From contig NZ_JAYROT010000062.1 in NCBI RefSeq assembly GCF_041911495.1, positions 1,653-65,652 on the forward strand: a stretch of DNA of 64,000 bases. Reading direction: 5' to 3'. Shown in pieces: positions 50,176 through 63,400 of this stretch. Under the pieces are notes generated by a model. The model was not told the DNA's origin. It saw nothing but the letters and a program-made list of their open reading frames with translations, and ran no database searches. How positions within the stretch are numbered: position 1 is the first letter of the stretch; every line of letters begins with the position of its first letter. This DNA is from Acinetobacter sp. Lineage in GTDB: Bacteria; Pseudomonadota; Gammaproteobacteria; Pseudomonadales; Moraxellaceae. The position numbers were made by a program, and so were the translations under genes.

Positions 50176-51249
50176 CGCAGATTCAAATCCCAAGTGCAAC
50201 ACATTTGTAGTTAGTTGAAAAAGTTAGGTGTATTTATAGAATCATTAGACTTTTTCAACTCGCAATTGGAAAGCACACAATGAAGAAATACACCCAACTT
50301 TCTCAAGATGAAAGATACGAAATTTATGCCACTTTGAAAAGTAAAAGTTCAATCGCTACCCTTGCTCGGGAGTTAGGACGTTCACGATCAACCATCTACC
50401 GTGAAATAAAAAGAAATACTGGGCAACGTGGATATAGAGCTCAACAGGCAGCGAAATTTGCAAGTCAAAGACGGTACCGTCCTTCATCACCCATGACAGC
50501 ATTTGCCTTCGCTTATATTGATTACTTAATTGGCTTGGACTGGTCGCCAGAACAAATTTCAGGTGCTTTAACACAACGCGGTTGGCTAGATGTACCTTCA
50601 CATGAGTGGATTTACCAGTACATTTATCAAGATAAATCACAAGGAGGTAAACTTCATCTACACTTAAGGCATCAGAAGAAATATCGAAAACGAGGTTACA
50701 AAAACACGGATCGTAGGGGTCAAATCATTGATAAAACAAGTATTCACTGCAGAGACCAGGTCATTGATCAACGACAACGTTTAGGAGATTTCGAAGGTGA
50801 TACGGTGATTGGTAAACATCATAAAGGTGCTTTATTGACTCTCGTTGATCGAAAGAGCCTGTATGTACATATTGTTCATTTAGGGCCAACGAGAGCATCA
50901 TCTCAAACGATTACTTGTGCATTAGATCGTTTACAAATGAGCCATGCTTATAGTGTGACATTTGATAATGGCAAAGAATTTTCCGAACACAAAAGAATTA
51001 CTGATGTTGGCATAGAGACGTATTTTGCTGATCCTTACAAGTCTATTCAGCGAGCTAGAAATGAAAATACGAATGGTTTAATCCGTCAATATCTGCCAAA
51101 ATCATCATCGTTTGATAACGTGTCAAACGAACAAATAGAGCAGATAGAATTTGCACTCAACCATCGTCCTAGAAAAACACTAGGTTGGTATACACCGAGT
51201 GAAGTTATGGCTGGTTTTTATACTGTTGCACTTGCCGCTTGAATCCGCC
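50176..51249 (+). mobile_element. IS30-family insertion sequence, 1074 bp (IS18-like)
   Basis: 26-bp IRs CGCAGATTCAAATCCCAAGTGCAACA and (reverse complement) GGCGGATTCAAGCGGCAAGTGCAACA, 20/26 match; the transposase stop lies inside the right IR. Confidence 0.92.
50280..51242 (+). CDS. IS30-family transposase
   Basis: N-terminal HTH (GRSRSTIYREIKRN), WSPEQI, GDFEGDTV, TFDNGKEF, NENTNGLIRQY DDE motifs. Confidence 0.96.
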   Translation: MKKYTQLSQDERYEIYATLKSKSSIATLARELGRSRSTIYREIKRNTGQRGYRAQQAAKFASQRRYRPSSPMTAFAFAYIDYLIGLDWSPEQISGALTQRGWLDVPSHEWIYQYIYQDKSQGGKLHLHLRHQKKYRKRGYKNTDRRGQIIDKTSIHCRDQVIDQRQRLGDFEGDTVIGKHHKGALLTLVDRKSLYVHIVHLGPTRASSQTITCALDRLQMSHAYSVTFDNGKEFSEHKRITDVGIETYFADPYKSIQRARNENTNGLIRQYLPKSSSFDNVSNEQIEQIEFALNHRPRKTLGWYTPSEVMAGFYTVALAA

Positions 51250-51413
51250 TTACGAAATAATCCACTTTAGCTTCCTAAGACCCAAATAAAATTTAAAAGT
51301 AAATTTAAATTTGTGCCTGAACATCCTGAATTCTATAGAGTTAGACCACCTTGCTAGACTTTGCTTCATTGAAAAATATTAGGTTCGGTTCATATCTCAC
51401 TCAAAGATTTATA

Positions 51414-52793
51414 TCATTTCCCAATACAGAACGATCCAAAGATTTTCCCAAGCAAATCATCTGCGCTAAATTCGCCTGTAATCTCGCCTAAGGCGTTTTG
51501 AGCAAGTCTGAGCGACTCCGCCACCAATTCCCCCGCATGATACTCTACAAGCTGTTCTCTTGCTTCTGCGAGATAAGCCTGCGTGCGTTGCATGGCATCT
51601 AAGTGTCGTGTCCGAGCAATAAAGCTATCCTCTTCAGGTTGAAAACCTGCATATTGGGTAATGACTTCAATTAACTCATTAATACCAAGCTGTTGTTTCG
51701 CCGATAAAATCACCCGTTTGTAACCATTTAAACTGTCCACTTGCGGTGTCGCATTGCTTAAATCACTTTTATTGGCAATCAAGATCAGATGCTTCGGATC
51801 GATATATTCCGCAAAAAATTGCTGTGCTAATGCAATCGGCTGTTGCTCTGCACTCATGTCATAGACAAACAAACGTAAATCAGCCTGCGCAATCTCTTTA
51901 TAGGCACGACGAATGCCCTCTTGCTCCACCACATCGCCTGTATCACGCAATCCTGCGGTATCAGTCAGGGTAATCGGTAAACCATTTAAGCTGATTTTTT
52001 CATGTAATACATCACGCGTTGTCCCTGCAATATCGGTGACAATCGCACGATCATTGCCTGCTAAGGCATTGAGTAGACTTGATTTGCCTGCATTGGGTTT
52101 ACCTGCGATCACCACTTGCAAACCTTCACGAAGCAATTGCCCTTGCTTGGCAGAAAGTTGCACTTGTTTCACCGAAGATTGCACTTCTTCCAATAAGGCT
52201 AAAATCCGTCCATCTGCAAGAAAATCAATTTCTTCTTCAGGAAAATCAATCGCTGCTTCAACGTGTAGACGCAGATGAATGAGTTTTTCTAAGACCTCAT
52301 TGACTCGTAGTGAAAAAGCACCTTGTAATGAGCGCACCGCAGAACGTGCCGCCGCCTGTGAAGTCGCATCAATCAAATCGGCTATGGCTTCGGCTTGGAC
52401 CAAATCCATTTTGCCATTTTCAAAAGCACGCATGGAAAATTCGCCTGCTTTGGCAGCCGTTGCACCAAGCGACAAAACCCGAGCAAGCAAGGTGTTGAGA
52501 ATGACTACACCACCATGCCCTTGAATCTCAACCACATCTTCCCCTGTGAATGAAGATGGATTGGCAAAGCATAGAATCAAACCTTCATCAAGCACTTCCC
52601 CTGTTTCATCAAAAAACTGACGAAATCCAGCCATACGCAGTTCAGGCAATTTTTTCTGCGTCAGTGCCTCAGCGATTTGAAAAGATTTTGAGCCTGATAA
52701 ACGAATCAGCCCGACACCGCCACGCCCCGATGGTGTTGCTATCGCTGCAATCGTGGGTTGAGTGGCTTGAATTGGCGTGTTGGATTGGCTCAT
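51414..52793 (-). CDS. mnmE: tRNA modification GTPase MnmE
   Basis: SFTGEDVVEIQGHGG, GKPNAGKSS, GTTRD, DTAGLR, NKSD, C-terminal FCIGK. Confidence 0.97.
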   Translation of the reverse strand: MSQSNTPIQATQPTIAAIATPSGRGGVGLIRLSGSKSFQIAEALTQKKLPELRMAGFRQFFDETGEVLDEGLILCFANPSSFTGEDVVEIQGHGGVVILNTLLARVLSLGATAAKAGEFSMRAFENGKMDLVQAEAIADLIDATSQAAARSAVRSLQGAFSLRVNEVLEKLIHLRLHVEAAIDFPEEEIDFLADGRILALLEEVQSSVKQVQLSAKQGQLLREGLQVVIAGKPNAGKSSLLNALAGNDRAIVTDIAGTTRDVLHEKISLNGLPITLTDTAGLRDTGDVVEQEGIRRAYKEIAQADLRLFVYDMSAEQQPIALAQQFFAEYIDPKHLILIANKSDLSNATPQVDSLNGYKRVILSAKQQLGINELIEVITQYAGFQPEEDSFIARTRHLDAMQRTQAYLAEAREQLVEYHAGELVAESLRLAQNALGEITGEFSADDLLGKIFGSFCIGK

Positions 52794-52916
52794 GGTGAGA
52801 TTCGCTTGATTTACAACAAAATAAGTTAAATGATTTTTTCATGAATTGGCATTGATAGCCAGCATTAAAAAACCGCCTAGAAATCCTAGACGGTTGATCT
52901 GCTTCAAGACAAACTA

Positions 52917-54644
52917 CTATTTAGCAGTTGTGGTACTTAAACCTTGTTTTTCAGCACTCTTATTGATAAACCATTGCTGCGCGATAGTAATCAAGTTGTT
53001 GACGATCCAGTACAGCACTAGTCCTGCAGGGAAGAACAACAAGAATACAGTGAAAATAATCGGCATCAAACGGAATACTTTCGCTTGCATTGGATCGGTC
53101 GGTTGTGGGTTCAACATCTGTTGGAAATACATGGTTGCACCCATGATCAGTGGCAAAATAAACCACGGATCCATCGCCGATAAATCTTGAATCCACAATA
53201 TCCACGGCGCATGACGCAGCTCGACACTTTCCATCAATACCCAATACAAGGCAAGGAAAATTGGCATCTGCATCAATAGCGGTAAACAGCCTGACAACGG
53301 ATTGACCTGTTCACGTTTATACAGCGCCATCATCTCTTGCGAGAAGCGCATACGGTCATCGCCAAACTCTTCTTTCATGCGTTGCATTTCAGGTGCGATG
53401 ACACGCATCTTCGCCATTGAGCGATAGCTTTTTGCAGATAATGGCCATAAGATCAATTTGACTAAAATGGTCAATAAGACAATTGCCCAGCCCCAGTTGC
53501 CCACGATGTTATGGAAGAATTCCAAGCCCCAGAACAAGAGTTTTGCAATCGGCCACAACCAACCATAGTCTACAGTTTGGTTCAGACCCGTTGCCAATTC
53601 TTTCAGTTCAGATTGGATTTTTGGACCAGAATACAAAGTCGCACTGATATCGAATTGTTTGCCCGCAGGCACATTCACCAATGGCGAACGGAAACCAATG
53701 ATATGCATATCATTGATATTGCGTGATTCTAATTGTGCGGTGTAACTCTTATCAGGAACCCAAGCCGAAACAAAATAATGTTGAACAATCGCTACCCAAG
53801 CTTCTTTGGCTTGGACATTCAATTTTTCTTCATTGAAATTGGCAAATTTCAACTTGTTATAATGTTCTTCAGGCGTACCCCAAGCACCACCTAAGAAGGT
53901 GCCTAAGGTGAAAATCCCTTGATCAGATTTACCAGGATCGGCAGCGTCGTCACGTTTCAGCTGACCAAACATCTGACCTTGCCAGTTGCCTGCGCTACGG
54001 TTGACGATACGATGTGTCACCTGAATCGGATATTCACCTGAAGTAAATTTAAAAATTTTAAAAATTTCTACGCCATCAGAAGTTTTGTACACCATTGGTA
54101 CTTCAAGCACTTTATGTGCTGTATCGTCCTTGGTGACTGTTGATTGTGCTTCGTCGATGCTATAGCTGTTTTTATCAACTTCATACATCGGACGACTACG
54201 GCTATCAGGTCCATCCGCACCAATCAAACCAGACTGCGCTACATAGATATTTTTGTCATTATGCAACATCACAAAAGGCTGATCACTGTCTTTGCTCTTG
54301 TCATGTGACAACAGCTCCAAACGCACAATATCGCCACCTTTTGGATCGATCCAGACATTGTACATATCTGTTGCAACCGTCACCAATTGCTGAGAATTGG
54401 CAGTCGTCGCTACTGGTGTATTTGCTTGTGCAGTGGTGGCTTGCGGAATATCCGTAGCCGTTGTTGTCGCTTGCGCTTGTCCAGATGGAATATCAGATGA
54501 TGATGTATTTGCACTTTGTACTGCGACAGCTTGTTGTGCTGTTTCAGCTTGTGCGCCACCATAATCCTTTTGCCATGCCAAGATGAGCAAATAAGCCGTC
54601 ACAAACATGGCGCCGAGAATCGCAAATCGAGCCCATTGTTGCAT
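52917..54644 (-). CDS. yidC: Membrane protein insertase YidC
   Basis: VDYGWLW, GNWGWAI, YRSMAKM, NPLSGCLP, WIQDLSAMDP, PAGLVLYW. Confidence 0.97.
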   Translation of the reverse strand: MQQWARFAILGAMFVTAYLLILAWQKDYGGAQAETAQQAVAVQSANTSSSDIPSGQAQATTTATDIPQATTAQANTPVATTANSQQLVTVATDMYNVWIDPKGGDIVRLELLSHDKSKDSDQPFVMLHNDKNIYVAQSGLIGADGPDSRSRPMYEVDKNSYSIDEAQSTVTKDDTAHKVLEVPMVYKTSDGVEIFKIFKFTSGEYPIQVTHRIVNRSAGNWQGQMFGQLKRDDAADPGKSDQGIFTLGTFLGGAWGTPEEHYNKLKFANFNEEKLNVQAKEAWVAIVQHYFVSAWVPDKSYTAQLESRNINDMHIIGFRSPLVNVPAGKQFDISATLYSGPKIQSELKELATGLNQTVDYGWLWPIAKLLFWGLEFFHNIVGNWGWAIVLLTILVKLILWPLSAKSYRSMAKMRVIAPEMQRMKEEFGDDRMRFSQEMMALYKREQVNPLSGCLPLLMQMPIFLALYWVLMESVELRHAPWILWIQDLSAMDPWFILPLIMGATMYFQQMLNPQPTDPMQAKVFRLMPIIFTVFLLFFPAGLVLYWIVNNLITIAQQWFINKSAEKQGLSTTTAK

Positions 54645-54649
54645 AATGT

Positions 54650-54970
54650 TTACCCTAAATGATTAAAAACAGTTGAATTTTTTTGACGTTCACGCAAGGG
54701 TACATAAACGTAAGAGATTTGAGAATCAGAAAGTTGCAACGAAATACATCGGAAAGGCTTTTTCGGTACAGGATCATAGCCATAACCGCCCCACGGATGA
54801 CATCGACAAATACGTTTGGCGCTATAATACACACCTTTTGTTGCACCATGAAGTTGGATTGCTTCAATCGCATACTGAGAGCATGTTGGAATATAACGAC
54901 AACGCGGTCCGAGTAATGGACTAATCGCAATTTGATAAAATCGGATACACCAATGAAGAAATTTTTGCAT
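54650..54970 (-). CDS. yidD: Membrane protein insertion efficiency factor
   Basis: [22 protein letters not shown]...[17 protein letters not shown]. Confidence 0.95.
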   Translation of the reverse strand: MQKFLHWCIRFYQIAISPLLGPRCRYIPTCSQYAIEAIQLHGATKGVYYSAKRICRCHPWGGYGYDPVPKKPFRCISLQLSDSQISYVYVPLRERQKNSTVFNHLG

Positions 54971-54981
54971 TGGCTAATACT

Positions 54982-55413
54982 CTACTGATTCGAAACAGAT
55001 GGAGTCGAGACAGATGGAGTCGAAGCAGGAAGTGGAGAATTTTGGCGCCGATGTTTGGCAAATTGTTTAGATAACTTCTGCCATGCCAATTGTAATTGTT
55101 GATGCAAATCTGCATTAGGTATGTGCTCTATACCCACTTTGGGTAAGACCACAATATCTAAGCCCGTCAAATCTCGTTGATGTAAACGAAAGCTTTCACG
55201 GCTAATACGCTTAACACGATTTCTCTCGTGCGCACGTCGAACTTTCTTTTTTGCAACCACCAAGCCAATACGTGCCGAAGCAGTAGATGGCTTTGCTGTT
55301 GCAAGGATCAAAAAGCTAGGCTGGTGAACTTTAAATAAAGTGTGATCAAATACGCCTGAAAAATCTTTAGCGCACAATAATCGCTGTTCTGCTCCAAAAG
55401 GATAACGTGTCAT
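54982..55413 (-). CDS. rnpA: Ribonuclease P protein component
   Basis: [22 protein letters not shown] (RNR motif), LDIVV; position between rpmH and yidD. Confidence 0.95.
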   Translation of the reverse strand: MTRYPFGAEQRLLCAKDFSGVFDHTLFKVHQPSFLILATAKPSTASARIGLVVAKKKVRRAHERNRVKRISRESFRLHQRDLTGLDIVVLPKVGIEHIPNADLHQQLQLAWQKLSKQFAKHRRQNSPLPASTPSVSTPSVSNQ

Positions 55414-55508
55414 ACGACTTCACAATTTATTCAAATCGCTAGCTTTGATCGAGCTTTAGCAACTCATCAAGCAAAGCTTTAGTCAGCAGAAACAGTATAA
55501 TACAAAGA

Positions 55509-55643
55509 TTATACTGTTAAGCTGTGACGACCTTTTGCACGACGACGAGCAAGCACTTGACGACCAGCTTTTGTAGCCATACGAGCGCGGAAACCGTGAA
55601 CACGTTTACGTTTCAATTCACTTGGTTGGAATGTACGTTTCAT
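55509..55643 (-). CDS. rpmH: 50S ribosomal protein L34 (absent from the ORF track)
   Basis: Manual translation: [44 protein letters not shown]. Confidence 0.98.
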
Positions 55644-56543
55644 GTCGAAACTCCAAATCAATGTTCTGTATTAAAGGTGCGCAATTTTATGCATCTCAGC
55701 CATAACTGTCAATGCAAAAAATACAGATTTGGGATAAGTTTTCCACAAACCGATGTGTTTTTTTGAATTTAAATTCAAAAAAACAGACTATATAGGCTAA
55801 GCATTGATTTTTAAATTCAAAGCACCAATCGAATCTTAACGCTATCTGTACTCTTTTTTACAATACTTCATTACTGAAGTCCACACTGTTATTGATCTAA
55901 GAAGTCCAGAGTAAGACATGAATAAGACTGCAAAGTAAAACTTTAAGTCGTTTTTAAGTCGTTTTAAACTCAAAAAGGTGAGTCTTTGATCTGCGATTTT
56001 CAAAGTTCTTCGCGAAGCTCTAAGTTTCAAACTTTAGAAGTTAAAATACACATTACCCTTTATTTAATAAATATAAATCATAAACTTAGAAATTCTCTCA
56101 TTTTATTTCCTGCTTTTAACAACTTTGATAACTAAGTTATTGTCAGTTTCTATAGTGCAGTTGTTCACAATACAATGCAGATCTAAATTTAAATTTATAA
56201 ACTTAAAATTTAAATTTATTATTATTAAGTAGCGTTTTCCCTGTGGAATATGACTTTATATTTAGATTATTCAATGAGATGAGTTGTGTATAACTATGTT
56301 TATCTAAAAATGGTAAATTGTGGATAAGTTTTCGTGTTATTTTATCCACAGGTTGAGGAAATAGTTATCCACATTATGGTTTATGAATTTAAATTCATTT
56401 AATTGTGGATAATTTATGCATTCGCACCGATTGACTTATGACAGCGTGATTGAACTTGGTTAGAATGGCTACCCCGCTAAATACAAGTCGGGCATTGGTC
56501 GTTTTTTGAATTTAAAAAGATAGTTAGGGATTGGGAGACATTA
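55644..56543. other. Replication origin region (oriC) / dnaA promoter
   Basis: DnaA boxes at 56285-93, 56319-27, 56342-50, 56365-73, 56404-12 (TTATNCACA either strand); one-mismatch boxes at 55739-47, 56161-69, 56242-50; very AT-rich 56040-56230. Confidence 0.88.
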
Positions 56544-57914
56544 ATGCTTTGGGCAGAATGTTTAGAACGCTTAAGAAAGCATGTGTCTGATAACCACTTC
56601 ACCATGTGGATTAGACCACTTGAGGCAGAAGAACACTCAGATTGCTTAAAACTGTATGTGCCGAGTCCATATTGGAAGAGTCATATTGAAAAGGATTATC
56701 ATGAAATCATTTCGATCATGGTTGAGCAAATCTCAGAAGGACGTGTGCGTCAAGTCGAAGTGTTGGTAGGATCTAGTCCAGGTAAAGATATTTTAACCAA
56801 GCAAGAAACTCCTGCGACCACAACTTCTGCATTACAAAGTCCGCCAGTTATTCCAAAAGCAACATCAAATGACACTGCAAAACCAACAAAAGTGCGTCAG
56901 CTTAATCCTGCATTGAACTTTAATTTATTTGTTGAAGGTCGTTCCAACCAAATGGCGGCAGATGCTTGTCGTAAAGTCCTCACTAAGTTGGGTGCGGATG
57001 ATCACAATCCATTATTCTTATATGGACCGACTGGCTTGGGTAAAACGCATTTGATGCAAGCAGTAGGTAATGCGTTATTGCAACTAAAACCGAATGCAAA
57101 AGTGATGTACATGACTGCGGAAAGTTTTGTACAGGATTTTGTCAGTGCCTTACAACGTAAAAAAATTGAAGAATTTAAGAAAAATTGTCGTTCACTGGAT
57201 TTGATGCTCGTTGATGATATTCATCTTTTGGCAGGCAAAGAAGCGAGCTTACAAGAATTTTTCTATACATTTAATGCCTTACTTGATGAATCTAAACAGA
57301 TTATTCTCACCTCAGATCGCTATCCTAAAGAGTTAACTGAGCTTGATCCACGTCTAGTTTCACGGTTTTCTTGGGGTTTATCAGTCGGTGTAGAACCCCC
57401 AGATATTGAAACGCGTACTGAAATTTTGCTGAAAAAAGCAGAAAGTAGCGAGATTGATTTACCACGCAATTGTGCTTTGTTTATTGCGCAGCAAGTGGTA
57501 GCGAATGTACGTGAGCTTGAAGGTGCGTTAAACCGTGTGGTTGCAACGGCGCGTTTTCGTGGTTCAGCGATTGATTTGGAAGTGGTGCGTGAGTCGCTCA
57601 AAGATGTACTTGCAATCCGTGCACGGAATATCAGTGTTGAAAATATTCAAAAAGTGGTCTGTGAATATTTCCGTATTCCACTCAAAGAATTGACAGGTCC
57701 AAAGCGGACACGTATCTACGCACGACCTCGTCAGATGGCGATGGGTTTAGCACGTGAACTCACAGGTGATAGTTATCCTGAAATTGGCATGGCATTTGGT
57801 GGACGTGACCATAGTACGGTGATGCATGCCTGCGAAAAAGTACAAAGTCTGCGCAATGAAGACCCAAGCTTTAATGATGACTATAAAAATCTACATCGCT
57901 TACTACAAAGTTAA
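56544..57914 (+). CDS. dnaA: Chromosomal replication initiator DnaA
   Basis: NPLFLYGPTGLGKTHL, DDIHLL, RELEGAL, domain IV GGRDHSTVMHA. Confidence 0.98.
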   Translation: MLWAECLERLRKHVSDNHFTMWIRPLEAEEHSDCLKLYVPSPYWKSHIEKDYHEIISIMVEQISEGRVRQVEVLVGSSPGKDILTKQETPATTTSALQSPPVIPKATSNDTAKPTKVRQLNPALNFNLFVEGRSNQMAADACRKVLTKLGADDHNPLFLYGPTGLGKTHLMQAVGNALLQLKPNAKVMYMTAESFVQDFVSALQRKKIEEFKKNCRSLDLMLVDDIHLLAGKEASLQEFFYTFNALLDESKQIILTSDRYPKELTELDPRLVSRFSWGLSVGVEPPDIETRTEILLKKAESSEIDLPRNCALFIAQQVVANVRELEGALNRVVATARFRGSAIDLEVVRESLKDVLAIRARNISVENIQKVVCEYFRIPLKELTGPKRTRIYARPRQMAMGLARELTGDSYPEIGMAFGGRDHSTVMHACEKVQSLRNEDPSFNDDYKNLHRLLQS

Positions 57915-58127
57915 ATTAGTAACTTTAATTTATATTTAAAATTCAAATAATTATCTTTATGAAAAGTGGTAATTTATTGTATTTCATCATTTAAAATGCA
58001 ATAAATTATCAATTGTCAATTGTCCTTGAATATGCTTAGATTGAGCATTCATTTCTATCAAGTCGCATCAAACATTATTAAACGTTCGATATTGATTAAA
58101 CATTGCTTAAAATTTGGATTTTGACTC

Positions 58128-59282
58128 ATGACTAGCCTTCATTTAAAGATCGCGAAAGAAACTTTACTCAATGTATTGACCCATGTGATGGGGGCTGTTG
58201 AGCGTCGTCATACCATGAATATTTTGTCCAATATCAAAATCCAAGTGAACGAATCAGAATTAACAATCACAGGGTCAGATCTTGAAGTGGAGCTGGTGGC
58301 GAGTACTGCGCTAGAAGCTGGTGCATGTATCCAAGCGGGTGAAAGTACAGTACCTGCACGTAAGCTGATGGATATCTGCAAATCTTTACCGAATTCAGCT
58401 TTGCTTGATTTGCAAGTGACCGATGATCAGCGTTGTGTATTGGTGTCTGGTCAGAGCCGTTTTGTGCTCGGCACTTTGCCTGCAGAAGATTATCCATTGC
58501 TCAACAATGAATCGACACAAGGCACTGAAGTACAAGTGTCGCAAGTGGCGTTAAAGCATTTGTTTGAAAAAACTGCTTTTGCCATGGCGGTGCAAGATGT
58601 ACGTTTTTATTTGACAGGTACTCTGCTAGAAATCGAACAAAATCAGTTACGTGCAGTGACGACAGATGGGCACCGTTTGGCATTGTCTGAAGCGACTGCA
58701 ACATCGAATACAAATGAAGTGCAACAAGCGATTGTACCTCGTAAAGCGGTGGGCGAATTACAACGTCTGTTAACGGTGGAAGATTTACCGTTAACGATTT
58801 TGATTGGTCGTGAATTGCTCAATGTGACGATTGAACAGCCAAGCAAAGACAATGAATTAGCAATCGTAGTACGTTTCACTACCAAGTTAATCGATGGAAA
58901 ATTCCCTGATTATCGTCGAGTGATTCCAAAAGGTGGCGACAAAATTGCAACCTTGGCACATGATGCCTTTAAGCAAACTTTGCAGCGTGTGGCGATTTTG
59001 AGTAATGAAAAATTGCGTGGAGTATTTTTAACTTTTAATGCAGACGTATTACAGCTTAAAGCCAATAACCCAGAGCAAGATGAAGCGGTTGAAGATTTTG
59101 CCATGCAATATCAAGGTGATACTTTAGAAATGTCTTTTAATGCGCAATATTTGCTTGATGTGGTGAATGTATTGGATGGCGACGATGTGCAAATGCAAAT
59201 GTCAGAATCCAATCAATCAGTATTGATTCAAGATCCAAATCAGCCTGCACAAACATATGTTGTGATGCCAATGCGAGTCTAA
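58128..59282 (+). CDS. dnaN: DNA polymerase III beta clamp
   Basis: [46 protein letters not shown]. Confidence 0.98.
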   Translation: MTSLHLKIAKETLLNVLTHVMGAVERRHTMNILSNIKIQVNESELTITGSDLEVELVASTALEAGACIQAGESTVPARKLMDICKSLPNSALLDLQVTDDQRCVLVSGQSRFVLGTLPAEDYPLLNNESTQGTEVQVSQVALKHLFEKTAFAMAVQDVRFYLTGTLLEIEQNQLRAVTTDGHRLALSEATATSNTNEVQQAIVPRKAVGELQRLLTVEDLPLTILIGRELLNVTIEQPSKDNELAIVVRFTTKLIDGKFPDYRRVIPKGGDKIATLAHDAFKQTLQRVAILSNEKLRGVFLTFNADVLQLKANNPEQDEAVEDFAMQYQGDTLEMSFNAQYLLDVVNVLDGDDVQMQMSESNQSVLIQDPNQPAQTYVVMPMRV

Positions 59283-59289
59283 TCGCCTA

Positions 59290-60369
59290 ATGCTGTTGCA
59301 AAAACTGCGTATCGAACGACTTCGAAATATCCAAACGGTTGCAATGCACGACTTGCAACCGTTTAATATTTTTTATGGCGCAAATGGTTCAGGTAAAACC
59401 TCAGTTCTCGAAGCGATTCATTTGCTTGCCACAGGGCGTTCTTTTCGTACCCATATTCCAAAACACTATATCCAATATCATCAAGCCGACACCATGATCT
59501 ATGCGCAGTCGCAAGAGTATCGTATTGGTTTGCAAAAACTCAGTAGTGGCGAACAGACCATGCGGGTCAATGGCGATAGTGTGGCAACACAAGGTCAAAT
59601 GGCAAAATTGCTTCCTGTGCAAGTGATCGAGCCACAAAGTACAGACATTATCGATCATGGTGCAAAACCTCGTCGACAAATGTTAGATTGGCTCATGTTT
59701 CACGTGGAACCTGATTTTTTTGCGGTGTGGCAAAACTATGCAAGAGCGTTGAAACAACGGAATAGCCTACTCAAAAGCTATCCTGTCAGTCGTGAACAAG
59801 TCAAAACGTGGGATCAATTATTGGCGACTTCTGGCGAGCAGATTCATTTATTACGTGAACTCATCGTGGGTCAATGGCAAGCGGATGTACAAGCAGAACT
59901 CAAATTACTCTTGCCACATTTAGAGATTGAACTGGAATATTTGGCAGGATTTTCGACTGAGTTAGGATTATCTGAACATCTTGCGCAAAGTCTACAAAAA
60001 GACATTGATCGACGTACTACAAATTATGGCGTGCATCGTGCCGATTTACGCTTTAAAACGCCAATTGGTGATGCCGAAGAAGTGTTGTCACGTGGGCAAA
60101 AGAAGCTACTGATCGTGGCGCTGAAACTGGCGCAAATCGCCCTTTTAAATCGCTCAAATAAGGAAACTGTGGTATTATTGGATGATCTAACCGCAGAGCT
60201 CGATACGCAGGCACAACAACGATTAATACGCCGTTTGCATCAATTAGGTAGTCAGGTTTTCCTCACCACTTTAGATCAACAAGCCGTGCAACACTTTATG
60301 GATGAGATCCAGTTGCCGTATCAAATGTATTGTGTCGAATCTGGGCAAGTGCGTTCGGTTTCAATTTAA
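59290..60369 (+). CDS. recF: DNA replication/repair protein RecF
   Basis: [45 protein letters not shown]. Confidence 0.96.
   Translation: MLLQKLRIERLRNIQTVAMHDLQPFNIFYGANGSGKTSVLEAIHLLATGRSFRTHIPKHYIQYHQADTMIYAQSQEYRIGLQKLSSGEQTMRVNGDSVATQGQMAKLLPVQVIEPQSTDIIDHGAKPRRQMLDWLMFHVEPDFFAVWQNYARALKQRNSLLKSYPVSREQVKTWDQLLATSGEQIHLLRELIVGQWQADVQAELKLLLPHLEIELEYLAGFSTELGLSEHLAQSLQKDIDRRTTNYGVHRADLRFKTPIGDAEEVLSRGQKKLLIVALKLAQIALLNRSNKETVVLLDDLTAELDTQAQQRLIRRLHQLGSQVFLTTLDQQAVQHFMDEIQLPYQMYCVESGQVRSVSI
59696..59711. other. parS-like site inside recF
   Basis: TGTTTCACGTGGAACC, one terminal mismatch; encodes MFHVEP. Confidence 0.75.
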
Positions 60370-60424
60370 TTCAATTCAATGTTTGCGAAATATAGTGCGA
60401 TAGATTGAAACCTTTTGGCAATGA

Positions 60425-62971
<2,547 letters not shown>

Positions 62972-63037
62972 TATGAATTGTAATATCTGAAATTTTCACT
63001 TTTAGTCGCAACATGCTAGATTAAAAGTGTCAAAATC

Positions 63038-63069
63038 AAAGCGCCAAAATGCAATTTTGGCGCTTTTTT
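63038..63069 (+). terminator. Intrinsic terminator of gyrB
   Basis: AAAGCGCCAAAAT-GCA-ATTTTGGCGCTTTTTT. Confidence 0.8.
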
Positions 63070-63104
63070 CATGGTGAAATGAAACAGTAAAAGAGGAAAT
63101 AAAT

Positions 63105-63400
63105 ATGGATATTCAACAACAAGACGATGGCAAACATGGTGTATTTCAAGCTCTAGATAACGATACTGGCAAAGAAAAGTTGGCTGGATAAATGGCATAT
63201 ACATGGGCTGGCGAAGGCATGTTTATTATCGATCATACGACGTGTCTGAAGATTATCGTGGACAAGGTATCGGTCGTCAGCTTTTAGATAAAGTTGTTGA
63301 ATTCGCCCGAGAAAAAAACTTAAAAATCATTCCACTATGCCCTTATGCAAAATCTGTATTCGATAAAGATCCAAGTATTGCCGATGTGCTTAGAAAATAA
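63105..63400 (+). pseudogene. YjdJ-like GNAT acetyltransferase pseudogene
   Basis: RBS AGAGGA; MDIQQQDDGKHGVF...KLAG, TAA at 63189-91, then MAYTWAGEGMFIIDHT, a 1-nt deletion near 63240, then VSEDYRGQGIGRQL...KIIPLCPYAKSVF. Confidence 0.88.

Noticed and set aside
55842-56030. 62-aa ORF inside the origin interval
   Set aside because: Non-ATG start, no RBS or motif, and it lies in repeat-containing origin DNA.
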